Shown here one piece after another: positions 58,201 to 64,000 of a stretch of 64,000 nt of DNA. The stretch is taken from contig CM082585.2 in assembly GCA_040954595.2 (NCBI GenBank), forward strand, positions 12,204,341 through 12,268,340. Direction: 5' to 3'. Source of the stretch: Balanoglossus misakiensis (taxonomy: Eukaryota; Animalia; Hemichordata). The notes beneath the pieces were generated by a model. It was not told the origin of the DNA and did not search any database. It was given only the letters and a program-made list of their open reading frames with translations. Positions within the stretch are counted from its first letter, which is position 1; each line of letters begins with the position of its first letter. A program made the translations under genes and the position numbers.

Positions 58201-60575
58201 AAACACGTCTTTTGGAAATACTGGCAGGAGATCGAGACGCGGTTCGATGAATAATCGAATCCATTTAGAATGCTCCAGGTGCCAATGGGGAAAAATCCGA
58301 CAGTCACAGATCACCCCCGCCTAGTCCCAGGCGCCTACTTCTTGCCGTAAATCGAGTCGAAATCGGCGAATGAATAGCCTATCGTCAATAGATGCTGTTC
58401 GGATTGGCGTCTTTAAGTTTAATGTGTGTATGTCGGTAGCCAGAAGAATTTAAAATATATATCGAAGGGTTGTTTGGTTAAAAAGGTTGATTGTGTATGT
58501 CTTTTTTAATCATTTTGGGATTTGTAAAGAAAGTCAAGTCGTTGAAATAGTCTAAATATTAAATTTATTGTGTCTTTCACACAAGGCCACTAATTTGTCG
58601 GTATGCGCGGACAAACTGGCGTTTCCATCGCTACTCCAAATGTTCTGCGTGACACTGGTGAAGAGAAAAAGTCGCTAAAATGTCGTCTGGATGTAGTCAG
58701 CGAGTCAGATGTGGTGTCGCGTTAGAAGCGATTTAGTTTTTCGATCTCTGCGACTATTATGCGTGGTGCCATGCGCCTGAGTCGACGTCTATTGCATTGG
58801 ACATTGAAAGGGGACAACAAAAAGGATTAGTGTGGCCGTGGAGAGCTAATCCCCTCCACCATTATCTCACTTCACAATTTACCATATTTAACAGAGAGAG
58901 TAGAGCAAAAAAGCCTGTATTCAACGGCCAGCGACACGTAGACGACCTAAGACCAATTACTCTCACAGTTTGCCAGTTTTTCGGTTCCTGCCATCGTCGT
59001 AGCTTCGTCTGCAGATAGTCTGATAATTGGCGGTAGGAAATTGTTTTGCGAAGTTTAATGAGTTTTTATGTGGACGCGCATAGCATTTCACGGATATTTG
59101 CGTCTGAACAGAAACGCCGCCAATTATTGCTGGCCCGTGAAGCTATTGAAAACAGCCCCGGCTATAACTGGATGCTTACACTCGCACTGACAGACGCGAT
59201 GTCACGAGAAAAAACGCGGCGCTGAAAAACCCACGGTCACTAAAACAAGTCGTAAGAGTATAGCTTCCAACCGCGAAGCCAAGGTTTGTAGAAGAAGTAC
59301 CAAGAGTTTACGTAGGGACTCGAGACACCAATTGAGGCGGGGTGTCGGGTTACCAATGGACAAGAGAGGCTAGCTGATTACCGTCCAGAAAGTGGTCTAT
59401 TTCTTATGGAAAGAAGAGAAAGAAAAATCGAGGTGTGACCAAAGACTGTGACTAAACGTGCAGACAGCAGCCACGGGGCAAGACACACGGTAAACTACAT
59501 CCATACACCCCCGTGTCATAATCTGGCGAAACACTGGCAGTTCATGATAGCTTAATAAGTCTTCAAACCCAGCGTCAACAGATATCATAACCCGAAGCAA
59601 ACTATGGACGTCGTCGTCTTCTAAAGTTTCCAACCCCACTTCATCAAGTTGACCCCTACACTTTAAATGATATGATTAGATTATTATTACATGCATATGG
59701 CTTAAGAGAGCCTCAACAGCCAAGAACTGTGTATTGACTGGATCCAGCGGGCACCGGCGGCAGCCATATCAGAGAGGGTGACTCGGGGATACAACACCGT
59801 GGGTTTGTAAGGACAGCGGACAAGATAATTAACGCGCTATCGCTGATCGCGGAAGACGCGCCGAGCAGGCATCTGCCTTGAACTGGTAGAGAAAGACAGA
59901 GTAGCGCGTCTTGAGGGAATCGGCGCGCGGCGTATGATTGAAGTAGGCAGATGCAAAGAGGTCAGCATCGTAGACATTCACGGCTTCCTAGTTATGAGTC
60001 CGAGTTCTCTGACGTGAACTACTTCCAGAGTATTTATTAGCCAACATTGTCAGTCCATTCCATCAGTGGAAAACACAGGTGCAAAGTCGACCCTGGTAAG
60101 AACGAGCCAGTAACGTGGGATCCAGGTTGTTTCTGTGATACTTCAAGCGCCTGACGCTGCGCGTGTAAGCACTGTGGATAGGTTACTACGGGGACAGGGA
60201 CATCGAAGGCTACTGAGAAAGAAATCCGAAAATTAATTAGGACCATCTGAACGAGTGGATGTAACTGTAAACGGAGGGGATTTATTTCATGACTGGGTGT
60301 AGACATGAACATTTAGTAAGTGGAAGCAGTGGGCACCATACTGACCAGGACTCAAAGACATAGGTACATTTTACTGCAGCTCACCATTGAGGAGACTTGA
60401 AGAATGTAGTAAACAAGGCGATCCCTCCGGCACTGGAGACATTAGTCAATGGCCAGCTATTGTCCCTATTCCAGCCTTTAATGGCGAGAATCGAACAACA
60501 AACTTCTGTCTCTAAAAAGTCTAGCCTTTGAAGATTTCTGCCAAACTTTGATTCGGAGAGAAGCATTCAGCTGAC

Positions 60576-60761
60576 ATGAGCAGTGTCAGCGAATCGTCGA
60601 TTCGTGAAGACTGGACCGTAGTTTGCGTGATCAGGGCCGCTAATATTTGTGGCGGCATTCAAATTGTGATGGGGTTTGCATTGGTAGCGACCGGTCTGTC
60701 CACCTTTGTCATTCCGCCCCAAATCTCCTTACTCATAACTCCATTCTGGGCTGGATTCGTG
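60576..60761 (+). CDS. First coding exon of an MS4A/CD20-like tetraspan membrane protein; remainder not found in the window
   Basis: MSSVSESSIREDWTVVCVIRAANICGGIQIVMGFALVATGLSTFVIPPQISLLITPFWAGFV|gtaagt. The G.IQI.MG helix and the PFWAG motif followed by a phase-0 intron resemble the CD20-like family. Confidence 0.55.
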
Positions 60762-63700
60762 GTAAGTAATGACCACTCTTTTTCTCGCTCAGCGAGTCAC
60801 CGTGAATATCCAACCTAGCTCCCTACTATTAAAGCATAGTTATTTCCTTTCTAAAACGCTCTCTCGACTCCAGGCCCCGGCGGCTTCCATGTTAAGCCCA
60901 CTGGCACCATTCATGTATTCGATTCAACACTCAAGGTTTTCAACACATTTAGAATTATTGTTGTAACTTTGGCTCATAATACAACTTTCAATCAGCCGCG
61001 GTGTCGAATCTCAGCTCGCATGCCCATAGCGTTTAGGGAAATCGAGAATGGCTTATGAATAAGCTATAAAATCCCACGAGTGCCGGGGTAAAGTAGCAAT
61101 GTTTGTTGACACTCCGTCAAATAAGTGCTTATGTTTATTCAATCACGTATTAAGTGTTTGCGTTACGGAGTGTTTATTTGCTTGGATTTTGTTGGATACT
61201 TTCCTTGTTGATCTTAGCACCTTCTTGGGAACAGATCAGCTCCAATAACATTTCTATCAACACGGCTCAATTTTCACTCGAAAACGTAACCACAAACTCT
61301 GCCTGTTCCACTTGTCCAGTTGTTGTCTGTGAAGTGGTGAGAGTGAATCGGGTCGATGGATATCACAAATGCCGTCAACTGATACGGTGAACCAACTATA
61401 GTTTGCTGACATGCAAGAAATCGCCCGAGCTCCAGATTTACACAACGCGTGTCCAATATCATCTCAGAGATCAGTTTATCTAATTATATAAACAATTAAC
61501 GCGTGTCTAATTAAACACTTCAATTACTTAACGGCTCTATCGACAGACACTTAAAAATCTCAAACCAGCGGGAGCTCTTTCCCTCCTTTCATGAATTGAA
61601 ATGGGATAGTTTGGAAAGTACTTGGTTGAAAAGTTGTCTGAAAATAGTTTTGTCGTTTCGTTGGTCTGTTTGACCGGCAGAGCAATGGCATCGCGTCAGC
61701 AGTTCGTCAGTTCGAACTGCTGCGTTCGTTTTCGTGCCATAATCAGAATTTTACACCACCGAATTTATTGACTTTATCTGCTGTTTCGACACGGCTATCG
61801 GTTTTACATCTGCCATGGAGAAGTGTACACCGCCCTAGAAACACAAACACCATCGATCTGTAGCGTTACTCTTTTTTATTGATCTGTCAGGCGATTGCGT
61901 CAAATAATAAAGTATTTACTGTGCGATGAAAGTCATGCATCGAGAGACAGTAAAACAAGGGTCCAGCTGTTCCACACTCGACAGACCCACGTTCTCTCCG
62001 TCGCAGATTCTCTACAAACGTATTCGAATCAATATCGAAAATGTAATCACGGCATTCAAAAATAGACCCGTTACATTCAAAATATTTTGACTCGCAAAAT
62101 TTCCGATGACTGAGATAATTTGGCGTTGTGAAGTTTTTTTACCGGTCAGACAAAATTGTATTTTGTGTTGCGCCTAAACACCGCCAAGTTTGATGACGTA
62201 TTCCTAGCCGTCCGAGTCGAAGACTCGGATAAGAAACATGATTTTGAATTTTCCAAATTCCTCAATAAAAATCGAACAGATGCAGATGAAGCGTAGATCA
62301 ATTTCTCATCAGATAGGAATTTTTATGGTCGAAATAATAATCATCTTTTGTTTATAATTAAGTTTTATTGTGAGCATTAAAGTATAATTCAACTCGTTTC
62401 TTGGTGCGATCGAGCTGCAATATTTGATATGGCCCAGTAACAACGAAAGCTAGTAACCATCAAAAGTAACCATCAAACAGGCCCTATTTTGAATGTAAAA
62501 CTGTTTTAGCTTGATCATCTGGCTATTGAAGGAGGAGTATAGCTGTAACTTTTAAGACATTTACTCTGATCAATTATTTCCATGAGCATTTTCAGTCAAC
62601 AGTGGTAGGACGCAGAAAGAAAAACAAACTTGGACGTATCAAGCTTCGCGATTTGTAATCAAACTCGTGTGTTTTTACATTATGATGGTAACAGGCAGTT
62701 ACTGTTACTTTGTCAGTTATCTGTTTATTAGTAGGATAGCAACGTTTGTGCTGAGAAGAAAAATAGGAGTTTTTATGGCAACAAAAAGTTCTAGGTGTAA
62801 TTTAGACATTTAGACGTAAACTGACTGTAGCCTGCGTTGCTAATTGAAAGGTGAGCCGTGAATTCGTCACGGTACTAAACCCCTAAGGCGAGAGATAATC
62901 GGCCAGGGCCCTGCTCTCTCGCTCTCTCTTTCTCTCAATATCATATGCATCTATTCATATCCTTAAGTTTATTCTCTGTCCGTCTGTCTGTCTGTCTGTC
63001 TCACTCTCCCTCTCCCCCTCTCTCAGTAAGACAAGACGACTGAAACACTTCGATTGCCAGACTATGATAACCCCTACACACAGTCGGACTGCACGCATGC
63101 AATCCTTCCCCTTGGTCGCTATTTTCCGAACGTTCGCCCCTGACCGCAAAACGCCTCGGTGGTCAGCAGTCTTGAATCTGAAAAGGCAATTCCGGACACA
63201 CCTAGAAAGAGTAATGATATATAAAAACAACTCCTACGTTTGATAGGACTATCCTACATTGTAATGTTGAAAAGCAACAACAAAAACGTCATAAATGACA
63301 AAAAGCGCGGTGAGCACTGGTTTGATTTTATTACGCCGGAACTGAAGTCTTCGGTCTGTGTGTCCCTATAAACAAGTACCTTTACAACGTTGCCCTTCCG
63401 AAAAAAGGGATTCATTTTACATATCTATCAAAAAACTTCACAGAACTATTATCCAGACCCAACGATACAGCGCTAACATCCCTGTGCGTCACCAGATTCC
63501 TTGATTTATGACTCCGTACGAGTCGAGGTGGATCTATTTACGAATTTATCATAAATTATTGTGACCACTTGTCTGACCGTTCACCGTTTTTCAACCGCGT
63601 GTAATTCCAGTGATAACTGTCATATTTCCCTCATTTGGAATAGAACTGTGTTTTGGTACTTCCCTCAGTAATGGCACATACCAGCTGCGATATGGGAGTG

Positions 63701-64000
63701 TTTTATTTGAGTTTTGAAATTTATCAGGACAGGGGGTCAAGCTAAAGTTTTGCCGCAACCAACAGGTGTGGATGCCGTGATTTAGTGCGGAATGTGAACG
63801 CACTACCCATGAATCATTTCGGCTGTCAAGGGTTTGAAGATTGATTTGTAATAGACTCCTCTAGTTGCCAAATATCCCGTATGTGGTTACATGGGCTACT
63901 AATCAGCAATAAGCATATTTGTTCAACTTCGAGAAGGAGTGAGAGCTTACACAAACATTGCAGAACGAGAAAATAGCTTCAATTTTCCTGGCGAGGTCTG

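Noticed and set aside
59023-59127. 11-bp inverted repeat ataattggcgg / ccgccaattat
   Set aside because: Too short, with no target-site duplication or second copy to support a mobile element call.

Overview
Gene-dense, intron-rich animal genomic DNA with GT-AG introns. An invertebrate origin is inferred from the compact introns and mosaic CpG depletion; the species cannot be read from the sequence. I reconstructed 11 protein-coding loci by splicing exons by hand: ANKMY1 (-, runs off the left edge), BIVM (+), a single-domain rhodanese of TSTD1/TSTD3 type (+), PACRG (-, intronless CDS), ZC2HC1 (+), MFSD13A/TMEM180 (-), PCCB (+), BPNT1 (+), an intronless bacterial-type amidohydrolase (+), ALG9 (+) and the first exon of an MS4A/CD20-like gene (+). 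The most striking feature is in the rhodanese gene, which has two homologous 163-nt exons of identical phase that cannot both be included in frame. One carries the catalytic Cys loop (CLGGIRS) and the other a Cys-less loop (GKGPIKS), suggesting a splice switch between enzyme and pseudoenzyme. Other points: a decaying copy of the PCCB last exon upstream of PCCB; piggyBac-like mini-elements all lying 7-20 nt behind splice donors; a papain/phytochelatin-synthase-like Cys-His-Asp motif set in BIVM; and a P-element-like excision footprint. No rRNA, tRNA or CRISPR array is supported.
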